64,000 nucleotides of DNA, taken from NCBI GenBank assembly GCA_965198175.1, contig OZ240245.1, forward strand, positions 3,488,001 through 3,552,000, written 5' to 3'. The notes under the pieces are model-generated. The model made no database searches. It had not been told where the DNA came from and worked only from the letters and a program-made list of their open reading frames with translations. The stretch comes from Candidatus Poribacteria bacterium. GTDB taxonomy: Bacteria > Poribacteria > WGA-4E > PCPOR2b. Shown piece after piece: positions 1 to 9,029 of the stretch (the first letter of the stretch is position 1; the number at the start of each line of letters is the position of its first letter). The position numbers and the translations under genes are program-made.

Positions 1-2
1 TC

Positions 3-2561
3 GGTGTTATTCATCTCTACCCCCACCGTGCCCTTCCTGAAGCAATCGCTATTTTTGCCATCCTCTGTCTGCATCTGCTTTGGCGGTTTATCCAAGATAG
101 CAAAACCCAAGCGCAGTGCCGAACGATTAAGCGCGGTCTAGAAGCGACGGTCTCGGTCATTCGGGATGCGACAGTGGTCGAAGTTTCCCCCACAGCAGTC
201 GTACCCGGGGATTTGCTTGTCTTAAGTGAAGGGAGTTATATTCCCGCTGATGCCCGAATCGTCGATGCAGAGGATTTGGTTGTTGATGAAACCCCCCTGT
301 TCGGCACGTCGATATCTTCACAGAAGACAACAGATGACATGCCCGATCGGACGGTGCCGCCTGAAAAACAGACTAACATGGTTTTTGCGTGCACATACGT
401 TTTAGAAGGCGAGGGTCGTGCGATTGTCGTTGGAACAAGCGAAGAATTAGAAATCAACCAGCCGCATCGCAATGTCCCCGCGAGCCTTGATTTGGATTCG
501 GAAGCAGAGATTCAGATGGGCGGGGTTTATAATCATTTTAAGATTGTCGGCCTGATTTTAGGAGGGATTGCGGTCTTGACAACCTGGTACATTCAACGCA
601 AAAGCTTTGAGGAAAACTGGCAATCCTTGCTTTTCCTTGGATTGGGCTTTGTCATCGCTTCCATCCCCGAAGGAATTGTTTCAACGTGTCGAGCAATCCT
701 AGCCGAAAATACATACAGACTGTTTAAGAAGGGCATTGGTATCCGTGATGTCGTAAATCTGGAACGATTAAGCAGCGTCACAGCCGTCTGCGTCAATGAA
801 ATTGGGAACTTCACGCAGGAGCGAATGACCGCTTCTCGTGTTTTTGTTGATGAAGAACTTGTCGAACGAGAAACGTGGGAAGACAGGTTGAAGCTTGATG
901 AGACTGTGACACAAGAGACAGATGAGACTTTGGGGGCGTCCCAACCGCCAAATGCCTCAGTCTCACCAGGGTTTCAATTGCTGATGTTGCTTGCGACGCT
1001 TTGCGCGACTCATAGTCGAAGCCGGGGGGCAATCAACCAAATCCCTTCGGATAGTGATAATATTGCTGAAGCACTTAGCCAACTTGCTGACCGAATCGGC
1101 TTTGATTTAGAGCATTATGATTCAGCCCTATCGAAAGTCGCTGAAATTTCGGAAACGTCTGACCCACCTTATAAAGCAATTGTTTTGGAAACAGAAGAAA
1201 ACAAGTTTTTGAATATTATGTTCGGGCACCCCGATGCGATAATACAGGGATCCCACCGAATTCAAATCGGCGGAACAATGAATCGCATTAGCTATGACCA
1301 AAAGCAGATGATTCGTCTAGCCGCTCAATACCTATCAGACAACAGAGCCCAAGTCTTTGGAGTTGCCTACCGAAGTCGCAATTCCGTTCCGCCCCAGGAG
1401 GATATAGGACGAAACCTGACGTTCTTGGGGTTAATCGCTTTTACACCGCAGGAGTATGAAGGTTCAAAAGAGAGCATTCAGTTTTGCCTGGGCGCGGGCG
1501 TTAAAGTTGTCATGATTACGGACAAAGATCGCCACAGCTCCTCTGATCTCGCGCGAGAATTTGGAATCATTGAAGATGGAAACGCTGTTGTCACGCAATC
1601 GGATCTAGATAGATTTAGCGATGAACATTACGATTCAATTGTCAACCGCCTACTTGTATATTGTCGCCCGTCTCCCGACCAAAAGCTTAAGCTGGTAGAA
1701 CAGCTCAAACACAACAACCATTCGGTCGGTTTTTGCGGACAAATTCCCACAGATTCACGTGCAATGCAGGCTGCTGATGTCAGTATAGCCTCTGCGTCGC
1801 GCTCATCGCCCGTTGTCCAACAGAACGCAGGCTGTGTGATACTCAAGGACGGGTTTCGTGTAATTACTAATCTATTGCTTCACGCGCGGGAAGCGCAGAG
1901 TAATCTTAAAAATTCCATGCGTTGGCTGTTGACCTGTACCCTCGCGCAGATGACCACGCTTCTCATTGGACTCGTACTCCATCTTGGATCTGGACTGCAG
2001 TTGTGGCGTGAATTCCCCATGCCGCTCACTCTACATCACATCATCTGGATCCACCTAATTGTCAACCTCATTCCGCTAATTGCGCTCGGTCAGAATCGAA
2101 TACAAGGCGAGCTAAAGCACAACCGAAGCCAACAAGTTCAACCCTTCCTTTCGAAAGACTACCGTTTTGATATTCTGGTGCGTAGTTTACTGATTGCATT
2201 AATGACAATTATTGGATTTGTCGTGACCGTAAAATCTCCCGATCCCACGCGGGCGCAAACGGTAGCATGTTCCACGCTAATCTTCACACAATTGGTCTCA
2301 AACTTTCAATGCCATCGACAAAATCCCTGGCAATCTCTGTTCCGAAGAATCTTAGCCAATGTTCCACTATTGATTACCATTCTTGCGTGCATGGGGTTAC
2401 ACCTCTTTATAGTCTATCTACCCATCGCACACCCGATTCTCAGGATAGAGCCACTTTCCACAGAATGGCAGTGGGTAGTATTTCCTTCTCTTCTCATGCT
2501 TCTCCCTTTCAGCCTCGTAAAGCACCGACATTCATTAGGAAAATCCGATTCGGTTGGGTAA
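3..2561 (+). CDS. P-type (P2A-like) cation-transport ATPase homolog with degenerate catalytic motifs; 5' end lies outside the window
   Basis: Frame is open from base 3 (GVIHLYP...TVSVIRDATVVEV...VPGDLLVLSEGSYIPADARI). M4 SIPEG and the C-terminal TM block are present, but DKTGT reads NEIGN, TGES reads FGTS and GDGVND reads GQIPTD. Confidence 0.85.
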   Translation, partial: GVIHLYPHRALPEAIAIFAILCLHLLWRFIQDSKTQAQCRTIKRGLEATVSVIRDATVVEVSPTAVVPGDLLVLSEGSYIPADARIVDAEDLVVDETPLFGTSISSQKTTDDMPDRTVPPEKQTNMVFACTYVLEGEGRAIVVGTSEELEINQPHRNVPASLDLDSEAEIQMGGVYNHFKIVGLILGGIAVLTTWYIQRKSFEENWQSLLFLGLGFVIASIPEGIVSTCRAILAENTYRLFKKGIGIRDVVNLERLSSVTAVCVNEIGNFTQERMTASRVFVDEELVERETWEDRLKLDETVTQETDETLGASQPPNASVSPGFQLLMLLATLCATHSRSRGAINQIPSDSDNIAEALSQLADRIGFDLEHYDSALSKVAEISETSDPPYKAIVLETEENKFLNIMFGHPDAIIQGSHRIQIGGTMNRISYDQKQMIRLAAQYLSDNRAQVFGVAYRSRNSVPPQEDIGRNLTFLGLIAFTPQEYEGSKESIQFCLGAGVKVVMITDKDRHSSSDLAREFGIIEDGNAVVTQSDLDRFSDEHYDSIVNRLLVYCRPSPDQKLKLVEQLKHNNHSVGFCGQIPTDSRAMQAADVSIASASRSSPVVQQNAGCVILKDGFRVITNLLLHAREAQSNLKNSMRWLLTCTLAQMTTLLIGLVLHLGSGLQLWREFPMPLTLHHIIWIHLIVNLIPLIALGQNRIQGELKHNRSQQVQPFLSKDYRFDILVRSLLIALMTIIGFVVTVKSPDPTRAQTVACSTLIFTQLVSNFQCHRQNPWQSLFRRILANVPLLITILACMGLHLFIVYLPIAHPILRIEPLSTEWQWVVFPSLLMLLPFSLVKHRHSLGKSDSVG

Positions 2562-2644
2562 ACTGACAACGTGTACGAAAAGGGAAGGGTTGAGATTAAA
2601 GGGGTGCGGGATGTTGAGAGCCAAGTTTTTTTCCGCTTCCTTTG

Positions 2645-5191
2645 TCACCCATGATAGAACTTGGGGGCAAACTCCGATTCAGCGGCGGTGATGCGGGCTA
2701 GGGTTTTTGCCAGCGGATAGGACTGCTCAACTTTGGCCGAACCTACACCGACGGGAATAAAGTTGCCGCCTTGGGCATCCCAGATTGCCTTATTGAGCCG
2801 GTAAGCCCGATCCCGCGCAGTCTCGTAGATTGGGTCCGAAAAAACGTCCTGTAGACCACAGATCTGACCGGAGGAATTGATGCTAACCCAGGCAGACACA
2901 GCGACAGCACGGCTATTGACAGTCGCAATGGCATCTCGGCAGGGCAGTGGTGTCGGGAACATGAAATGTGAGCCTCGGCCATCTCCTTGGGTCATATAGA
3001 AGCAATCGCGCATAAAAAGATTGAGCGCGTCCGCCAATGGCTCTACTGCAAGCAGAACCGGATCGTCCTTGCCCCGATATTCTCCGCCGGTAATAACCGC
3101 GAGTTTTTCTGTGGAGGCAGCCAAGAGAACCTCGCCCAGCCCCTCCGACACGCGCGCCGCATCCCGGTTCTCCGATCGACGGCTCCAAACCCGCTTGATG
3201 TTAAACCGTTCGACTGCTCCAAGCAGATGCTGTGCACTTTCAGCTTCACTCTCCAAATCTAGGAAAATGCGACGATGATGTTCCACGTCCCAAATCTCTA
3301 GGACGCAGCCTACCTCCCCAGTCTGTCTGAGATAGGCGGCGAGGGAACCTGTAGCCGATGCTTGATTTAGGCTCCACCATATTGGCAGGTTAAACGCCGA
3401 GGGACCAGCTTTGTCAATCGCCAGCAATCCAATTCGGCCAGGGCGAACCAACGGGAGTTCTGCAAAACCGGGGCCCTGTCCTGAGATATTGCCTGAAAAA
3501 ACGCGAAGTACTTTATGCCCTTGACCTTCGCCGGTTTTCCACTCCTTGTAAGCTTTTTCAAGGCGACCTATTTGCGCGCGTTCGGTCGTAGGAAGAAAGT
3601 CGGGCAACAGTTTGAGGAAGGCATCGTTGAGGTTGGCTAGTTCTTCCGTGGGGTGTCCAGCCGTAGTTTCTCCGACTAAATCCTGACCCAAGCCATACCA
3701 CTTATGCCCTAATACCTCTGCTACCCATACTTGTCGGAAAAAAGTGCGGTAAGCAAAAAGATGAACTTCATTGTTGTCGGCGCCACGACTATGACTCATC
3801 AACAGATGTCCATCGTCCCCGACCTCAATGATTTCCGACGTTGTGAAGATGAGCCCCGCATCTTTACCTTCCTGCAGGCTAGCTTCTGCCACGCATCGGA
3901 ACACGTGAGGTGGCATGGTGTGTCCGACTTTGCCGCCACTGTCAGCTTTGATATCCGAAAGTGTGAAGATTGCCTTTTTGTTGGCGGCTTCTACCACGGG
4001 GTCAGAAGCTTCAGGAATGGATTCAAAGCGCTCTTCCAGACGTTGAGCTTCGTGTAATGCGCAAGACTCCGCAGCCATTGGGTTCACGTAGGGCTCAAAC
4101 TCCCCGTGACTGACCATGTTCCCTATCAAGTCTGCTGCATCTCGTTGCAACCGCGTGGTTTCAGGCCGGTTTTGGTCAAAAACGTCGACCAAATCCGAGT
4201 CACTCGGAATCCTGCCATAGTCATAGGATTGATAGGCATAGGCGACAACTTTTGCTGTACCCTGAGGAATCGAATAGGTGTGCGCGTCTTCAAAATTAAC
4301 CGGCATGAGTCCAACTCGGTATCTACCCGCGTCACCGCCCGGTCCGAAGCAGAATTCTCCAACAGCTTGGGTGTATTCTCCAACTGCGGGAAGACCGGAC
4401 TGAGAGCGACCAACCATAACAGGGTTTTTCGCACCTTCGACCACAATGGCGGGTTCGCCACATAGTTCACTTTCACCGAACTTGCCCCGGACCGCGTACA
4501 CTTGGCTGAGGCGCCATTCATCGGCGTCCGCAATTAGCGCAACCATTTCGTTAAGGTTTCCCGGGCCAAACTCATAGGTTCGTACAACATCTTTGCCGCT
4601 CTTGAGATCCGCAATTGATTCAACTACCCCCAAATAGTCATTTCCTTCGATGCGTCGCCCCGAGCCCTTGTCCGGGTTGAAAAAGAGATTAAAGACTGCG
4701 CGATTGAAGAAACCCCAACCTCCGTTGATTGCCTTCGCCGCGAAAATAGGCTCAGCGCCTCTTTCGGTAAAAGGGAAGTTCAGGTAGTACAGCCCCAGCA
4801 CTTCGGCTTGTCTCTCGGAATCCAGCGTCAAGATTTCTTTTGCCTCGTCAGAACAGAGTTGCATTTTCACCGCTTCCCCTAGTGCCATGAGCCCCGCCCG
4901 GACAGCAGCCTGGACCGCAGCCTCAATAGGATGAATCACATACTCGTCGTCGACAAGGAAATCTGCGTTATAGGTCGTTACGTGCAGGTGTAGATCCCCT
5001 GCAAAACCTCTCACCCACGCACCGCGCAGCCGGTTCTTTGATAGCCTGCTGTGAAGTTCACTGCGTGCTACGTCTACAATCTGATCAGGCAATTCGCTAT
5101 GAATCCAACGCCCCAAATCCAGAGTGACAATGGTGGCATTGGATTGTCCGCGCGGACGATTTTCTTTAGATTCATTAAAGGAATCAGACAT
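2645..5191 (-). CDS. Tandem two-domain class V fructose-1,6-bisphosphate aldolase/phosphatase (FBPA/P) homolog
   Basis: C-half has IKADSGGKVGH, VGDD, YGLGQDL, FSGNISGQGPGFAE, DKAGPSAFNLP, YRGKDDPV and GRGSH. N-half has ERGAEPI, RSQSGLPAVGE, GLMPV and HGEFEP, i.e. a second, degenerate copy. Confidence 0.85.
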   Translation of the reverse strand: MSDSFNESKENRPRGQSNATIVTLDLGRWIHSELPDQIVDVARSELHSRLSKNRLRGAWVRGFAGDLHLHVTTYNADFLVDDEYVIHPIEAAVQAAVRAGLMALGEAVKMQLCSDEAKEILTLDSERQAEVLGLYYLNFPFTERGAEPIFAAKAINGGWGFFNRAVFNLFFNPDKGSGRRIEGNDYLGVVESIADLKSGKDVVRTYEFGPGNLNEMVALIADADEWRLSQVYAVRGKFGESELCGEPAIVVEGAKNPVMVGRSQSGLPAVGEYTQAVGEFCFGPGGDAGRYRVGLMPVNFEDAHTYSIPQGTAKVVAYAYQSYDYGRIPSDSDLVDVFDQNRPETTRLQRDAADLIGNMVSHGEFEPYVNPMAAESCALHEAQRLEERFESIPEASDPVVEAANKKAIFTLSDIKADSGGKVGHTMPPHVFRCVAEASLQEGKDAGLIFTTSEIIEVGDDGHLLMSHSRGADNNEVHLFAYRTFFRQVWVAEVLGHKWYGLGQDLVGETTAGHPTEELANLNDAFLKLLPDFLPTTERAQIGRLEKAYKEWKTGEGQGHKVLRVFSGNISGQGPGFAELPLVRPGRIGLLAIDKAGPSAFNLPIWWSLNQASATGSLAAYLRQTGEVGCVLEIWDVEHHRRIFLDLESEAESAQHLLGAVERFNIKRVWSRRSENRDAARVSEGLGEVLLAASTEKLAVITGGEYRGKDDPVLLAVEPLADALNLFMRDCFYMTQGDGRGSHFMFPTPLPCRDAIATVNSRAVAVSAWVSINSSGQICGLQDVFSDPIYETARDRAYRLNKAIWDAQGGNFIPVGVGSAKVEQSYPLAKTLARITAAESEFAPKFYHG

Positions 5192-5477
5192 TCTTTCACC
5201 TCCAAAGTTGCTGTCACCTCCCTAACACATCCTAACCATTTTCAAAACCGGGGATGAATGCGAGATATACTACAGAACGCCGCATAGTCAAATTAAATCA
5301 TACATACTGAAGTTATGTAAGGCTGCATTTAGGGACATAAATGAAGAAAGGAGAAATCAAAACCCAACAAAGGCAGGCAACAGCATTTGTGTAAAGTTCC
5401 AGTATACGATTTCTTGCTGGGATTGTCAATTAAAACTGCTGGTTTTCGCCGGTTGACCGGATTGAAGACCCGTGAAG

Positions 5478-6479
5478 TCATCTACTCACCTGGGAGACAA
5501 CCTCACGAAATACTTTAATGTGCGAGGGCCCAGTGCCACAGCATCCACCGACAAAATAGGCGCCTGCTTTGAGAAGATCTGGCAAGTAAGCTACCATCTC
5601 CTCTGGGATTTGTGAGTAATATGTACGGTGATTCTTATCCAAGCGTGCCATACCTGCATTTGGATAAGCCATCATCCGCTTCGGTTGAACCCCGTTCATC
5701 TCCATTGCTTCCCATAGCTGCCGGATTCCATTTATCGCATAGGGCATTCCAGTGTGTTCCTCGTACCTGACCTCCGCTCCACAATTTAGACCTAAAATGT
5801 GAACATAATCCAGGAGATTATCGCCATTGGAAAACTCCCCTCCTGATAATACCTCCAATAAGTCTGCCGCCGAATGCCCCCAATCCGTTCGGTATACGAC
5901 ATTTCCAGTAGTGCGGTCCTTCGTGTGTTTGTATGTTAAATTCACGGCGATGGGAAGTCCGTATTTTCTGGCAACATCGACCGCAATTGCAGCCTCCTTT
6001 GCGGAAAACATGGTTTCTATGCAGAAAAAATCAACCCCTCCGTTTGCCAGGATATTCGCTACTCTCTCGTGAGCATCTCTGACAACAGCATCCGGAATTC
6101 CAAAATCAACATCACCGCTATCGGCTTCAATTGCACCGGGTGAGGGTCCAATTGAGCCTGCGACATATACCGACCTGCCGACATTTTCAACTGCTGCTTT
6201 TGCATGTTCCACAGCCAATCTGGCAATCTTATCCGCCGTAGTTCTCTCTTTTCCCGCCATGCCAAGATGCAACATTGAAGCCACAAATGTGTTTGTTCCT
6301 ATGGCATCAACGCCTGATTCAATATAGGCAGAATGAATATCAATCACAGCATCTGGGTGTAATTCGTTTGCAAGGGCGCTGTTTGCCAGTTCTATTCCTC
6401 TGGCAAACAGTTCTGAACCAAATCCACCGTCAAAAATCATAGGACTTGGGTCCGCTAATCTCTTTAGGAACGTCTTCAT
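5478..6479 (-). CDS. Homocysteine S-methyltransferase domain protein (stand-alone MetH Hcy-binding module)
   Basis: FDGGFGSEL, TNTF, AGSIGP, IETM, GLNC, YPNAG and the GGCCGT Zn-binding motif. Confidence 0.9.
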   Translation of the reverse strand: MKTFLKRLADPSPMIFDGGFGSELFARGIELANSALANELHPDAVIDIHSAYIESGVDAIGTNTFVASMLHLGMAGKERTTADKIARLAVEHAKAAVENVGRSVYVAGSIGPSPGAIEADSGDVDFGIPDAVVRDAHERVANILANGGVDFFCIETMFSAKEAAIAVDVARKYGLPIAVNLTYKHTKDRTTGNVVYRTDWGHSAADLLEVLSGGEFSNGDNLLDYVHILGLNCGAEVRYEEHTGMPYAINGIRQLWEAMEMNGVQPKRMMAYPNAGMARLDKNHRTYYSQIPEEMVAYLPDLLKAGAYFVGGCCGTGPSHIKVFREVVSQVSR

Positions 6480-6509
6480 TGAAATCCTCTAATTTTCCAA
6501 ATTATATAT

Positions 6510-7577
6510 TCACATTCCTCGGTCACCCCAGTGGTCTAGATTAATCCCCAAGGCAAGAGCCTCTTCACAGATAGCAGCCCAGGTTATCTCATCAATATTG
6601 ATTCCCTCAACCTGTCTCCGTTGAGCGTTGCGAAATTCTGGTTCGCCAGGCGCTAAAATCTCCACAAACCCGGGGGCAAGACGACTCGATTTGATGTGTT
6701 TAAGGAGGCATTCCACTTCGTTGAAGAAAGCGTCGAGAGCAGTGAAATGCTCGATGTGGTAAACGGTGAAAAGCACACCGTTGCTGACCATTGAACGTTC
6801 GCCAGCAGCACATCCCTGACCACTCAAGGCACCGCCCAAGAGCTCCACTACAATACTCAATCCATAGCCCTTGTGCGCTACTATTCCCCCCAAGGGAAGG
6901 ATGGCTCCTGGTGGCTGGCCCGCAAATTTTTTCGGGTCCGTGGTGGGATTACCCTGGGCATCTATGATCCAGCCCTCGGAAATCTGCCTTCCTTGGTTGA
7001 TAGCAACCCGAATTTTACCTTCGGCTGCCACAGAGGTTGTCATATCAACAAGGATAGGCGGGGCTTCCCGGCGCGGAGCAGCAAAGGCGATTGGGTTCGT
7101 ACTCAGGCGACCGTTGATGCCTCCAAAGGGAGCAATCTGGTAGCCGAGACGCCCGGCATTGACAAAGGCAAGACCTATCATCTCCGTCCGAGCAGCCATT
7201 AAAGGATAGGCTCCCACGCGCCCAACATGGCTCGTATTCCGTAATGTTACTGTACCAACACCGTGGCGCCGAGCCTTTTCAATTGCTAGGTTCATCGCAA
7301 AGGTCGCCCCGATCTGTCCTAGTGCGCCGTGGGCGTCTACCACCGCGGTGCAAGGGTTGTCGCTCACAGTTTTAGGAGTTTCACGAGGTTGGAACCGCCC
7401 CTCTCGAATAGCACGGAGGTATTCTCCAAACCGAATTGCACCGTGAGAGTCATGACCAAAGAGGTTGGATTCGACGAGGTGATCAACGACAACTCGGGCG
7501 TCTCCGGGCTTACACCCAGCGACTTCAAAAAGTTGGTAACCGACCTGACGAAGCGTCTCAGGTGGGAATGTGGGCAT
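6510..7577 (-). CDS. Ldh_2 family (malate/L-lactate/AllD-like) NAD(P)-dependent oxidoreductase
   Basis: GHDSHG, SHVGRVGAY, STNPIAF, DMTTS, HKGYGL, PGEPE. Confidence 0.9.
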   Translation of the reverse strand: MPTFPPETLRQVGYQLFEVAGCKPGDARVVVDHLVESNLFGHDSHGAIRFGEYLRAIREGRFQPRETPKTVSDNPCTAVVDAHGALGQIGATFAMNLAIEKARRHGVGTVTLRNTSHVGRVGAYPLMAARTEMIGLAFVNAGRLGYQIAPFGGINGRLSTNPIAFAAPRREAPPILVDMTTSVAAEGKIRVAINQGRQISEGWIIDAQGNPTTDPKKFAGQPPGAILPLGGIVAHKGYGLSIVVELLGGALSGQGCAAGERSMVSNGVLFTVYHIEHFTALDAFFNEVECLLKHIKSSRLAPGFVEILAPGEPEFRNAQRRQVEGINIDEITWAAICEEALALGINLDHWGDRGM

Positions 7578-7586
7578 AATAGAAAA

Positions 7587-7865
7587 TTAACCGTCCTTTT
7601 TCCATAGCCTATCGTCGTAGTCCGCTTCGAGCTCACGCAAAAGTGCATTTAAGACTACTTCGGCATCGCCTGGCCGCTCGCGCTTCTCAGTCCATTGCCA
7701 TTGGTCGAGATAATCCTCGCTTCCGGCCAGACCTTCCTCCATCGCGATTCGATCGATGGCGACTTGAAAACGAGCGGGCATCTCTCGTGAAATTGTTTTC
7801 TTTCCCTTAAAGACTCTCACCTGGGCTGGAATGTCATTCCAGTGCAAAATCTGATATACAGCCAT
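7587..7865 (-). CDS. Small 'Virulence_fact' (PF13769-like) protein typical of split methionine synthase/corrinoid clusters
   Basis: WNDIPAQV...RFQVAIDRIAM...DYLDQW pattern and its operon context. Confidence 0.7.
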   Translation of the reverse strand: MAVYQILHWNDIPAQVRVFKGKKTISREMPARFQVAIDRIAMEEGLAGSEDYLDQWQWTEKRERPGDAEVVLNALLRELEADYDDRLWKKDG

Positions 7866-7868
7866 GGA

Positions 7869-8912
7869 TCAGTGGGGCTCCAATTCCCCGTTGCGATACG
7901 CTTTTATAAAATTAACGCAATACTCGTCTCGACCCAGAAGCATATCTTCAGCAAGCTTGTAGGGCTTTGACTGTCGGTCCATGGAAAAAATCTTTCGAGG
8001 GTCACTGGTGATGGGATCAATGATTCCACTGTCCGCACCGGCTTCAATCGCTAACATCATAAAAACATCGTTGATGAGACGACGGCATGGTAATCCGAAG
8101 GAGGCATTGCTAAAACCACCGCTAATATGGAGATCGGGACCATATTTCTCGCGAAGTTGACGTATCGCATCGAAGCAGTGGTTTCCGTATTGACTGTCTA
8201 CCGAGATTGGAAAGATTACCGGGTCAATGAAAATGTCTTGAATCGAGATCCCTTTGTCCAGGCCTTTGTCTACCATGAAAGAAGCATTGCAGACCCGTTC
8301 TTCAGCGTTCTCTGGCATACCGCCCGCGCTAGCCGCTTGAACGATGACCTTTGCATGATGCTGTTTGGCCAAATCTATGGTCTCAAGGCGTTCCGGCGCG
8401 GCTGAGTTCAGCATCGCTCGCCCCTCCCTGTCGTCGGATGCTTCAAGCCCCGCCTGGATGATTTCGGTATTAGAGGAATCCACTGACAACGGAATAGAAG
8501 ATATCTCCTGCACAGTTTGCACAAGCCAGCCCATCGCAGCCTTTTGCTCCTCAAGATGCAAAGAGACCTCGTCCACATTCAAGTCGAGGAAATCAGCCCC
8601 AGCGTCTAACTGCCTTTGAACCAGTCGAAACAGGTATTCCAGTCCTTCGCAGGCATGAGGATTTTGTTCCGACATGGCCGCTTGTATGGCGATCTTGACA
8701 TGTTTGATTCGTCCTTCCTCGTAGTCCTGAGTTTTCTTAATGCTGTCGGGGACAACGAGATAGCGGCGTTTTCTGTTTCTATCCAGATAGCGGATGGACT
8801 CGTCTCCGTCAGGGTTATTCGTAACGAGCTTTCCTTTTCGGCGCACAACACGGGTAGTGTGGACATTTTCACCGATAATGATGAATTCTCGACCGTTTAG
8901 CTTCATCTTCAT
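7869..8912 (-). CDS. Pterin-binding methyltetrahydrofolate:corrinoid methyltransferase (AcsE/MetH folate module)
   Basis: IIGEN, GADFLDLN, PLSVDSSN, MLNSA, IFIDP, GGFSNASFGLP, GIIDP. Confidence 0.88.
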   Translation of the reverse strand: MKMKLNGREFIIIGENVHTTRVVRRKGKLVTNNPDGDESIRYLDRNRKRRYLVVPDSIKKTQDYEEGRIKHVKIAIQAAMSEQNPHACEGLEYLFRLVQRQLDAGADFLDLNVDEVSLHLEEQKAAMGWLVQTVQEISSIPLSVDSSNTEIIQAGLEASDDREGRAMLNSAAPERLETIDLAKQHHAKVIVQAASAGGMPENAEERVCNASFMVDKGLDKGISIQDIFIDPVIFPISVDSQYGNHCFDAIRQLREKYGPDLHISGGFSNASFGLPCRRLINDVFMMLAIEAGADSGIIDPITSDPRKIFSMDRQSKPYKLAEDMLLGRDEYCVNFIKAYRNGELEPH

Positions 8913-9029
8913 CTCCTAACGACAAATGGTAATTACTCAGGTAGCGGTCTTTCCAGGCGAATGTGCAGCGAATACGTTTTAATGAGCTGCCCTAAACTTT
9001 CTAAAACAACGATATGTCAGCTTATCTCA

